Assembly: GCA_030141605.1 (NCBI GenBank)
Contig: JAQGDQ010000224.1
Location: 186,001 to 250,000 of the forward strand
From: Tubiluchus corallicola
Lineage: Eukaryota > Animalia > Priapulida
Length of the DNA: 64,000 bases
Reading direction: 5' to 3'
Position numbers and translations under genes: made by a program
Part shown: piece after piece, positions 1 to 12,400 of the stretch
Numbering within the stretch: the first letter of the stretch is position 1
How the letters are laid out: each line of letters starts with the position of its first letter
The notes under the pieces: generated by a model
What the model saw: the letters and a program-made list of their open reading frames with translations, nothing else
Database searches by the model: none
What the model was told of the DNA's origin: nothing

Positions 1-275
1 TGATTTGAAAAAACCCTTCCATGCACATTTGTACTTGGATCATCTGCCCCTTGATTTGAAAATACCCTTCTACGCACATTTGTACTTGGATCATCTGCCC
101 CTTGATTTGAAAAAACCCCTCTATGCACATTTGTACTTGGATCATCTGCCCCTTGATTCGAAAATACCCTTCTATGCACATTTGTACTTGGATCATCTGC
201 TCCTTGATTTGAAAAAAACCACTCTACGCACATTTGTACTTGGACTATCTGTCCCTTGATTTGAAAAAAAACCTT
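1..275. repeat. 51-bp tandem repeat (~5 copies visible, truncated by the window edge)
   Basis: Unit TGATTTGAAAAAACCCTTCYAYGCACATTTGTACTTGGATCATCTGCCCCT at 1, 52, 103, 154, 205. Confidence 0.92.
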
Positions 276-458
276 TCAGATGTACTTTTCCATAATCAAA
301 TGACCAAAACTAAAAATTCAACTGAATTAATGTTAAAAATGAATTAAAATTTGAATTATTCTACGCCACCCAAAGTTCATAATAACCTTAACATCGGCGC
401 CATTGTACAGCACAAAAAGCAACACATTAACACATAATTAGACGAGAAAACATATTAC

Positions 459-3400
459 CAAAATCGGTCGAAGGTCAATCTTCAGCGGTGATGCAGCAAT
501 TTTAGTAAGAGCCTTTACAGTAGTTAATCGAGTTATCTCATTCTTTAACCGGTCAAGAAATATGGGAAGACATTTCGACAACTCCCCACTTAAGAAGTCA
601 CCCAAGTTACAGATAATTTGTCCCCTACAAAATAAGATATTATTAAGTATTAAGATAATGACATGCAATATACAGGCTTTATATAAACAAGAAATCTATA
701 TTAAGCAAAATGTTCAAACTTCTCTGAATGTAAATATTACTTACATAGAAGATATGGCTCTTTCTTTCACTTCTTGGTCAATATCAGCTGCTTTCAGACG
801 GGTGAGAGTGGCTGTGTACATATCATTGACATACGGACTGAAGTCAAACCTACTAGGTACTTCTGCAATGAATCAATAAGAAACTACGCAAGCTGCAGAT
901 AAAGTTAAGTGTGTTTGGAGTGTGGCACGGGTACGTATGTTTGTCGCACTATCCAGTCACGACTAAACAATCTAAAATGATATTTAACGTAACAGAACGG
1001 AATAATGAATACAGTTTTACTTCCACATGTCGAGATGCGGTTTCCCGTAATTTATAATATACAGTAAATCCTCGCTTAACGACGATAATGGGCTCCAGCA
1101 AAACACGACATTAAGAAACATCATTAAATAAAACGAGGACTTCCATAGAAAGTGATGTAAAAGAACTGAAATACATTCCGGAGGCAAAAAACAATGTTGT
1201 TTAAATCATATAAGTTAGTTGCTTAAAACCATCTATCCTTGTCACCAATATCTAGCAGTTCTCTTTCGTGAACATTTAAGCCTAGGCAGTGATTAAACAA
1301 TAAACACTGCTGAGTCAAAGCCAAGCCCTAGGCAACCTTGGGAATTTTATCTAGAAACTTAATCTGGCTGCTATAGCAACAGGTTGCACACACAAACTTC
1401 GCTTGCAGTTCTCACTTGATCTAAACTGTTAGCATTTAGTAGTCAATTAAAAAGCAAAAACATAATAATTACACAGTTTACATCATTGGTGCATTTTTAG
1501 AACAGAATAATGCAATATGTACTGTTTTAATGCATCAAAATAGGTAAAAATATTGTTGATAAAATAAAAATTTACCTTGAGCAAAGTAAAAAAGTCGTCA
1601 TTAAATCAAACGTGCGTCCTTAAGTGAAAAAAGGTGTCAAATGTTCAGCGTCGTTAAAACGAAACATCGCTAAACTGGGACTCGTTAAGCAAGGACTTAC
1701 CGCACAGAAACTTAAACAGTTGAAACTATTCAAATCATGATTCATAGAAATTCATAATGGCTGCAACACTCAATGCTGAAAACAATGCACATCTTACAGA
1801 TTTGTCCTCACAACAATGCCAACAGCTCAACATGTTACTTAACTTTCAACAAACACAGACCAGAGGGAAGAAAATTACGAGCTCCAATGATGTGCAACAA
1901 ATAGTAGTGGCAGGCATTGAATTCTCTATCACAAAACGAATTCGAACAGAATTTGTGACTTTCAAACTCAAATCAATACGAATTTCAAGATTTCAAATCC
2001 AAATCAAATTGGAATTCAGTTTTAAAGATTTTTGAATAAATTTTGAAATTACTAGTAAAAATCAATCTCACAAAGTTCGTACGTGTTGCTTGATTTTGTT
2101 CTGCATTTAAAAAACTAACATTTGCTTAAAAATTGTGCATAGAGCTACACACAGCTAAGTGGTGCATAGAGCTACACACAGCTAAATTGTGCATAGAGCT
2201 ACACACAGCTAAATTGTGCATAGAGCTACACACAGCTAAATTGTGCATAGAGCTACACACAGCTAAATTGTGCATAGAGCTACACACAGCTAAGTGGTGC
2301 ATAGAGCTACACACAGCTAAATTGTGCATAGAGCTACACACAGCTAAATTGTGCATAGAGCTACACACAGCTAAATTGTGCATAGAGCTACACACAGCTA
2401 AATTGTGCATAGAGCTACACACAGCTAAGTTGTGCATAGAGCTACACACAGCTAAATTGTGCATAGAGCTACACACAGCTAAGTGGTGCATAGAGCTACA
2501 CACAGCTAAGTGGTGCATAGAGCTACACACAGCTAAGTGGTGCATAGAGCTACACACAGCTAAGTGGTGCATAGAGCTACACACAGCTAAGTTGTGCATA
2601 GAGCTACACACAGCTAAATTGTGCATAGAGCTACACACAGCTAAATTGTGCATAGAGCTACACACAGCTAAGTGGTGCATAGAGCTACACACAGCTAAGT
2701 GGTGCATAGAGCTACACACAGCTAAATTGTGCATAGAGCTACACACAGCTAAGTGGTGCATAGAGCTACACACAGCTAAGTGGTGCATAGAGCTACACAC
2801 AGCTAAGTGGTGCATAGAGCTACACACAGCTAAATTGTGCATAGAGCTACACACAGCTAAGTGGTGCATAGAGCTACACACAGCTAAATTGTGCATAGAG
2901 CTACACACAGCTAAGTGGTGCATAGAGCTACACACAGCTAAGTTGTGCATAGAGCTACACACAGCTAAGTGGTGCATAGAGCTACACACAGCTAAATTGT
3001 GCATAGAGCCACAGCTAAGTGCAAGAGCTACACACAGCTAAATTGTGCATAGAGCTACACACAGCTAAGGCAACACACAGCTAAATTGTGCATAGAGCTA
3101 CACACAGCTAAGTGGTGCATAGAGCTACACACAGCTAAATTGTGCATAGAGCTACACACAGCTAAGTGGTGCATAGAGCTACACACAGCTAAGTGGTGCA
3201 TAGAGCTACACACAGCTAAATTGTGCATAGAGCTACACACAGCTAAGTGGTGCATAGAGCTACACACAGCTAAATTGTGCATAGAGCTACACACAGCTAA
3301 ATTGTGCATAGAGCTACACACAGCTAAGTGGTGCATAGAGCTACACACAGCTAAGTTGTGCATAGAGCTACACACAGCTAAATTGTGCATAGAGCTACAC

Positions 3401-6400
3401 ACAGCTAAGTGGTGCATAGAGCTACACACAGCTAAGTGGTGCATAGAGCTACACACAGCTAAGTGGTGCATAGAGCTACACACAGCTAAGTGGTGCATAG
3501 AGCTACACACAGCTAAGTTGTGCATAGAGCTACACACAGCTAAGTGGTGCATAGAGCTACACACAGCTAAGTGGTGCATAGAGCTACACACAGCTAAGTG
3601 GTGCATAGAGCTACACACAGCTAAATTGTGCATAGAGCTACACACAGCTAAATTGTGCATAGAGCTACACACAGCTAAGTGGTGCATAGAGCTACACACA
3701 GCTAAATTGTGCATAGAGCTACACACAGCTAAATTGTGCATAGAGCTACACACAGCTAAATTGTGCATAGAGCTACACACAGCTAAATTGTGCATAGAGC
3801 TACACACAGCTAAGTGGTGCATAGAGCTACACACAGCTAAGTTGTGCATAGAGCTACACACAGCTAAGTTGTGCATAGAGCTACACACAGCTAAATTGTG
3901 CATAGAGCTACACACAGCTAACTGGTGCATAGAGCTACACACAGCTAAATTGTGCATAGAGCTACACAGAGCTAAATTGTGCATAGAGCTACACACAGCT
4001 AAGTGGTGCATAGAGCTACACACAGCTAAGTTGTGCATAGAGCTACACACAGCTAAATTGTGCATAGAGCTACACACAGCTAAGTGGTGCATAGAGCTAC
4101 ACACAGCTAAGTGGTGCATAGAGCTACACACAGCTAAGTGGTGCATAGAGCTACACACAGCTAAGTTGTGCATAGAGCTACACACAGCTAAATTGTGCAT
4201 AGAGCTACACACAGCTAAGTTGTGCATAGAGCTACACACAGCTAAATTGTGCATAGAGCTACACACAGCTAAGTGGTGCATAGAGCTACACACAGCTAAG
4301 TGGTGCATAGAGCTACACACAGCTAAGTGGTGCATAGAGCTACACACAGCTAAGTGGTGCATAGAGCTACACACAGCTAAGTGGTGCATAGAGCTACACA
4401 CAGCTAAATTGTGCATAGAGCTACACACAGCTAAGTTGTGCATAGAGCTACACACAGCTAAGTTGTGCATAGAGCTACACACAGCTAAATTGTGCATAGA
4501 GCTACACACAGCTAAGTGGTGCATAGAGCTACACACAGCTAAATTGTGCATAGAGCTACACACAGCTAAGTTGTGCATAGAGCTACACACAGCTAAATTG
4601 TGCATAGAGCTACACACAGCTAAGTGGTGCATAGAGCTACACACAGCTAAATTGTGCATAGAGCTACACACAGCTAAGTGGTGCATAGAGCTACACACAG
4701 CTAAGTTGTGCATAGAGCTACACACAGCTAAATTGTGCATAGAGCTACACACAGCTAAGTGGTGCATAGAGCTACACACAGCTAAGTGGTGCATAGAGCT
4801 ACACACAGCTAAATTGTGCATAGAGCTACACACAGCTAAGTTGTGCATAGAGCTACACACAGCTAAATTGTGCATAGAGCTACACACAGCTAAGTGGTGC
4901 ATAGAGCTACACACAGCTAAGTGGTGCATAGAGCTACACACAGCTAAGTTGTGCATAGAGCTACACACAGCTAAGTGGTGCATAGAGCTACACACAGCTA
5001 AGTGGTGCATAGAGCTACACACAGCTAAGTGGTGCATAGAGCTACACACAGCTAAGTTGTGCATAGAGCTACACACAGCTAAATTGTGCATAGAGCTACA
5101 CACAGCTAAGTGGTGCATAGAGCTACACACAGCTAAGTGGTGCATAGAGCTACACACAGCTAAATTGTGCATAGAGCTACACACAGCTAAGTGGTGCATA
5201 GAGCTACACACAGCTAAGTGGTGCATAGAGCTACACACAGCTAAATTGTGCATAGAGCTACACACAGCTAAGTTGTGCATAGAGCTACACACAGCTAAAT
5301 TGTGCATAGAGCTACACACAGCTAAGTGGTGCATAGAGCTACACACAGCTAAATTGTGCATAGAGCTACACAGAGCTAAGTTGTGCATAGAGCTACACAC
5401 AGCTAAGTGGTGCATAGAGCTACACACAGCTAAGTGGTGCATAGAGCTACACACAGCTAAGTGGTGCATAGAGCTACACACAGCTAAGTGGTGCATAGAG
5501 CTACACACACTAAGTGGTGCATAGAGCTACACACAGCTAAGTCAAACACACACACAAGTGCATAAGCCACAGCTAAGTTGTGCATAGAGCTACACACAGC
5601 TAAGTGGTGCATAGAGCTACACACAGCTAAGTTGTGCATAGAGCTACACACAGCTAAGTTGTGCATAGAGCTACACACAGCTAAGTGGTGCATAGAGCTA
5701 CACACAGCTAAGTTGTGCATAGAGCTACACACAGCTAAGTGGTGCATAGAGCTACACACAGCTAAGTGGTGCATAGAGCTACACACAGCTAAGTGGTGCA
5801 TAGAGCTACACACAGCTAAGTTGTGCATAGAGCTACACACAGCTAAATTGTGCATAGAGCTACACACAGCTAAATTGTGCATAGAGCTACACACAGCTAA
5901 GTGGTGCATAGAGCTACACACAGCTAAGTGGTGCATAGAGCTACACACAGCTAAATTGTGCATAGAGCTACACACAGCTAAGTGGTGCATAGAGCTACAC
6001 ACAGCTAAGTGGTGCATAGAGCTACACACAGCTAAGTGGTGCATAGAGCTACACACAGCTAAGTGGTGCATAGAGCTACACACAGCTAAGTGGTGCATAG
6101 AGCTACACACAGCTAAGTGGTGCATAGAGCTACACACAGCTAAGTGGTGCATAGAGCTACACACAGCTAAGTGGTGCATAGAGCTACACACAGCTAAATT
6201 GTGCATAGAGCTACACACAGCTAAGTGGTGCATAGAGCTACACACAGCTAAGTGGTGCATAGAGCTACACACAGCTAAATTGTGCATAGAGCTACACACA
6301 GCTAAGTGGTGCATAGAGCTACACACAGCTAAGTGGTGCATAGAGCTACACACAGCTAAGTGGTGCATAGAGCTACACACAGCTAAGTGGTGCATAGAGC

Positions 6401-9400
6401 TACACACAGCTAAGTTGTGCATAGAGCTACACACAGCTAAATTGTGCATAGAGCTACACACAGCTAAGTGGTGCATAGAGCTACACACAGCTAAGTGGTG
6501 CATAGAGCTACACACAGCTAAGTGGTGCATAGAGCTACACACAGCTAAATTGCGCATAGAGCTACACACAGCTAAGTGGTGCATAGAGCTACACACAGCT
6601 AAGTTGTTCATAGAGCTACACACAGCTAAGTTGCGCATAGAGCTACACACAGCTAAGTTGTGCAAAGAGCTACACACAGCTAAGTGGTGCATAGAGCTAC
6701 ACACAGCTAAGTTGCGCATAGAGCTACACACAGCTAAGTGGTGCATAGAGCTACACACAGCTAAGTTGTTCATAGAGCTACACACAGCTAAATTGTGTCA
6801 AATGTCAAATGTAAAATGTAAAATGTCAAACGTTTTAACGACAAAAAATTTATGTAGCTGAAGAAGTGGTGAATTATTCGAATCCGTAATTTTAGGTTTG
6901 AAACAAATTCAAATAATTCTGTCCTCACCCCTAACGTATAGCAAATAAATCAGGAAGATGAAAAGTTAAAAAATTTACCTAAAGGTCGAATGACCTTGAC
7001 AAGTTGTTGAATGACTAGCAGAGCTTCAGCAGTGATTTTATAGAATGGATCCCCAACAGCATGGACGACAGGCTAAAACAGGAAAATCAAAGCAAACATT
7101 ATATGAAACTCCATCACACACTGTCAATGACTTTCCGATGTCATTAAAATGCAATGGCTTGAGTGATATGGTTTAAAGTTGAAATGACACTTGTTAAACA
7201 GTTCAATAGTAATATTAATGATAAAACAAATTTGAGATTAAACGTTTTAATGACGTTCACAAAGTGAGATGCTTATGGAATCAGTAGCGAATGATTTCAA
7301 ATCTTAACTCACTTGTACAATGATGCTCACATGAGGATGAAATACTTCAGGATTGTGTGCACCCATGATACAGTTGAGAAACGACAGAGTATCAATCTTC
7401 ATGTTGGAACTTGAATTCTTCTCACTAAAGCAAATCACAAATAAAAATCAAATCAAACATATAAAGTACAAAGAAGATTGTTATCCTTTGCTCATATTTT
7501 AAAAACAGAGGCAGAAATATGTAAAACCCCTTTGCTATAAGCAAAGAAATGCCATTGGTAGGTTTTCACAGTGAATGAAATGCTACAGCTTATCAGAAGC
7601 AGTTAGAAACATCCATTACTGCACATTTACGAAAACACAAGGCCACAGCAATGTCTAAACAATTAAAATACGGTAAGGTACTTGTTCAGAAATGTATTTA
7701 ACAATGCTTATGTCAAACAAATAATAAACTTCTTTAAAACAAGTAGTAGCCGACTTACAACCACAATCAGTTCAAGTGGATTAGTCGTAAGGCGAATTGG
7801 ACGCAGACCCGTATATTAAAGTCGTGCACCCCTACGCAAAGGACGTTGTGTGTATAAGAAGTGCACCAAGTATGGCGGTGCCTACAACGAATTTATAGAA
7901 ACAGACAGAAATTTAAAAATAATCTGTTTAAAAAAATAGAAGGAAATATGAGTTACTGATAGTTTTGTATAATTAATTAATTAAAATGAGGTCAGATCAT
8001 AAGGTCAAGCAGTTGTAAGTTTTATTATCTTTTTTTTGCATTTTTTTTGGATTGGTCCTAACTCGACACCTACTTGTAACAATTTAATAATCATCGAAAT
8101 GCAGTCAACCCTCGTTAAACCGGACTAATTGGGGGGGGGGGTGGTCCGGTTTAGCCGATTGTCTGAATTATCCGATATGCCTATATATGGTCTATATTAT
8201 ACAGAAATAATCACCTTAATAAGGCCTATATACATTGCACTATATACTGTGCACTATATACTATACTGTATATTACTTTAAAATAGTTAACCTGGGAAGA
8301 TATAGAAATTATTGTACAGTTGGTAGGCCATGTTGTGTTTAGTGCTCGGACTCGGATGGAAATCGGTCAGTTTCCTTTACCACGGATGACGTCCGTCTTA
8401 TCCGATATCCGGGTTAACGGGGTCCGGTTTAATGAGGGTCGACTGTACTGCCAAAAATCTTTTTACTGCTGGAATTCAAAACTGGAAACACGAAGCTGCA
8501 TGAATACATCCCGACTCAATTCACTGGCACTTCAAAAACAAATTAAATAAAATTCATCCCAGAGTATACCAGGCCCTTCACTCTCTCTCTAATCACTCAA
8601 ACATGTTGAAAATCACCTACCCGAGGCAGTAGATAATTCCTGGTATAACAGCAGAAATGTGATCCGAAAGGGCTCCAGGTAACACGTTCACCAACTCTGT
8701 GAGTAACGCAAAACATCCCTGTCGAGTTTTGATGCTTTTCTCTTTGAGCTGTCGATGTAACGCTCGTACGATATTAGCAACTTGAGCTTGAAGCAGTGAT
8801 ACAGGGCTGCACATGAAAAAAAATGCTTTTATAATCTCAACAGTGCTCGAAAAATATTTACCAATTTGAGCTTGCAGCAGTGATACAGGGCTGCACATAA
8901 AAAAAACGTTTTTATAGACTCAACAGTACTCATCAGAGCTCATATGATGCTAGCAACTTCGGCTTGAAGCAGTGATACAGGGCTGCACATGAAAAAAATG
9001 CTTTTATAGTCTCAACAGTGCTCGAAAAATATTTACCAATTTGAGCTTGCAGCAGTGATACAGGACTGCACATAAAAAACGTTTTTATAGACTCAACAGT
9101 ACTCATCAGTGCTCATATGATGCTAGCAACTTTGGCTTGAAGCAGTGATACAGGGTTGCACAAAAGAAAATGCTTTTATAGACTCAACAGTACTCGTACA
9201 ACATTAGCAACTTGAGGTTGCAGCAGTGATACAGGGCTGCACATAAAAAACGCTTTTATAGTCTCAACATTGCTCGTATGATATTAGCAACTTGAGGTTG
9301 CAGCAGTGATACAGGGCTGCACATATAAAAGAACACTTCACTAACTCAATAGTGTCAGGGTGATATTGGCAACTTGAGTTGCACATAAAATGATTAACAC

Positions 9401-12400
9401 ATGGCTGCTTACTAATGTAACTGACCTGTCATCTTGTTCCATAGCATCTGGATCTCCTACTCCAGATATTACCGACGGCCGTGTTTGTTTAAGGAGCGTG
9501 ATATACGCATGGAAAAGATCTGCTTTCACATTTTCTTCTCGCTCTGAAATAAAAAAATAACTTTAGCATCATATAACTAGCTAAAATGAATCACAACACA
9601 CCTGTAAATCATAACAATTTTATACTTTAAAAATGTAAGCATGTACATTAATTGTTAATTATTCCTCGACAATGAATAATGATTTTAAAAAACAATGTAT
9701 TTTGCTGGTCCACGCTGGTTGTCAAAAACTAGAAGGAACTGAAAGGAAAATTAAGGTACCTAGGAAATTTAATCAAACACAAATACAGGACTACAGGACT
9801 TATAGTTTAGTTGTAACAATTTATATACACAGTTCATAAGTCAGAAAAGATTAACTTCTAGAACTTAATTCTAGATTAACTTAACCCTTTCACTACGGAA
9901 AGGGTTAAACTGAGTTCACTCTAAAAACTGATCAAGCTGTTCACCTTTGAATCTGTTGATCAGTGCAGGAGACACAGTCCTGTAAAGTTCCGGAAGTATT
10001 TCGTGCCGAGTGGCTACGATGGCTTCCAAACATTTTGCTGAAGCGCGTCGAACTTTCCAGCTCATGTCGTCGTCATCACTGTATTCATCATCGCTCTCAC
10101 TATCGAGAAAAAGTTTAGCAGAGATGAGTTACTTCACTCTTATTGAGTTTTTAAAGGAAAGGTCATTACATTCCTTTTGAGAAATGTGAAATATGAAAAG
10201 TGTAATTTGAGAAACATCCAATATGGCAAGACAGTATGGTAGATGATATCGGAACAATCACTGAGCACAGCAATCACTTATCCATTTAATGACCACACTT
10301 GACATTTTTCAATTTTGTCAGTTAAGCACACACAGTAAGTACACAGCTGTTCACCTCATCCAAACATCTAAACTTTCACGATATTGTTTTATTAACACAA
10401 ATGACACTTACCCTTCTTCTTCATCACCAGTATCCATGCCTTCGTCGTCTTCATTATCATCATCATAATTATAATTAGGATCATAGCATAAATATTCCAG
10501 ACAGATCCTAATGATCTGAAAACAAACCACAAAATAATATTAATTGCTCCATGCTTGCAAAGATTAAACAGAGAGTACATTGCCAATCACACTGAAAAAC
10601 CAGCCAGTATTTACCCTATGAGATGCTTCTGTCAAACGCAAAAGAACTCAAATTAGAAATTAATAATTGAAGATTATTGAAAATTCAGCCAGAGAACACA
10701 TTACAAGCTTTGCTATTGATTTAAAATTAAAAAGGTATTTAATGTAAAGCTCATTAGAACAAATAACAGTCCCTTAATGGTGACGCAAACATTTTGTGTG
10801 GTTACCATAAATGCAACTAACTTTCACAACTACTCGTGGTGCTTTAACACATCAGTATAAATTAAACTCAATTTTTTTCTGAAAAAATGACGAAAATAAA
10901 ATATGCAGAAATCACTTTTCAAAAAGTATCTCAGAACTAGCTTATTAAGATTTCACAGACACACATATTACCATAGATATATGTGGCGTGATCTCCTTCG
11001 GACATCGTCGAACCAAAGATTCAAAAGCTTGCAAACAATATTCTCTCAACTCGTCATCATCAACTTTAGAATAGCTAACAAGATGCGGTATGATGGCTTC
11101 AATGTGTTCTCCAACACGATGTCCAGCTTGCCTTCTGTATCAAAATAATAATTCCTAATTATAGTTTGTATTTTGCCAAAAAGTAAGGGTGATCATTCTC
11201 TATCAGAAAGCAAATTTGAATCGAATCGAATTTGTGACTTTCGAATTCGAATTGAACCCAACTTCAGTATTTCAAATTCCACTTGAGATTGAAGGATTTT
11301 CCAACAAGTTTTCGAACCACCAGCAAAAATTAGTCTTACAAAGATCATGCATATTGCTCGATTTTTTTCCTACAGTAAAAACACTAATAATTTGTTTAAA
11401 AAATGTGCACAGAAATCACAGCTAAACTACAATAATTGCATGATGTTTCAAACATTTTAATGACAAAGAACGTGACGTTGAAATGCTGAAATATTCGAAT
11501 CAAATAGAATGATCGGATGAATAGAATTCGAACTAAAAAAACTCGTTCGAATCGAATTCAATTTGAACATTTGAACTCGAACGTTCAATGCTCACCCCTA
11601 CCAAAAAGATGACAGGAGCAAAATAACAGAAAATATATCTCTAATAATTTTATACTATGCCTTGAAAGAACTACACTGAACAAATATGTTTATAACCAAC
11701 TTTAAAGAACACCATAATATCGTAAACAGCTACTTACGTTATAGTGCCTATGCACTGTACATAAGTACGGGTAGTAGAAATGCTTGAATTCTGAGCTAAC
11801 TCTTCCAGTAGAAATTCCACGAGTGTGTTAAACAGCTGATTATTACAGCTCAGTACAAGATGACCTAAGAAGATATAAATCAACTTGAGTTTCTGGGAAA
11901 TCCATTCACCACGAGGAAACTCATGGTTGCTAGTGATCTAAACAAGTAAATCCCATCCAGTTAATGAACCATGCATTAAAAACTAAAACACAGCATAAAA
12001 TTGTCCCAAAAGACATAAACATAAAAATAAAAAAAGTACTAGCGGTCCAAACTCATAAACAGGAAAAAGAGAAAACGCTGAAAAGAAAAATGTGTTTATG
12101 TAAAGAAGAGTTATGTTTAGTATAAAAAAACCTTTTCAATAATTTTTGGTTTAATTATAAACAGCCCTAGGTAACTAATGTTAACTAAACTCAGCATTAA
12201 GTGAAATTATTAACAAACCTAGAGCAATTATGGAGCGCTTCCGTACAGCAAGACGAGTGCTGGACAATTCTGGAAGCAAAGCATCTAAAATCGAGGAATG
12301 GAAACTGATTAACAACGCTCCAAATCTACTCAACAGGTCGCCAAGAATGTCTAACGCCTCGAGTTGCACTGACACGTCATCCTATAATGAGACAAAGAAG

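Noticed and set aside
5-259. 84-aa ORF with a 17-aa repeat
   Set aside because: Translation of the 51-bp tandem repeat, antisense within a CAND1 intron.
280-375. Possible hAT MITE end flanking the 51-bp repeat
   Set aside because: Similarity to the 11184-11600 family is too weak, and the other end is outside the window.
2130-6798. CRISPR-like array
   Set aside because: No unique spacers, no cas genes, eukaryotic context.
2126-6861. Long ORFs on both strands (CIELHTAKW / MHNLAVCSS repeats)
   Set aside because: Artefact of a stop-free 27-bp unit (multiple of 3) in an intron. No unique coding sequence.
8765-9390. Repeat-spacer (CRISPR-like) array
   Set aside because: The inter-repeat sequences are homologous to each other, and the unit derives from the CAND1 splice junction.
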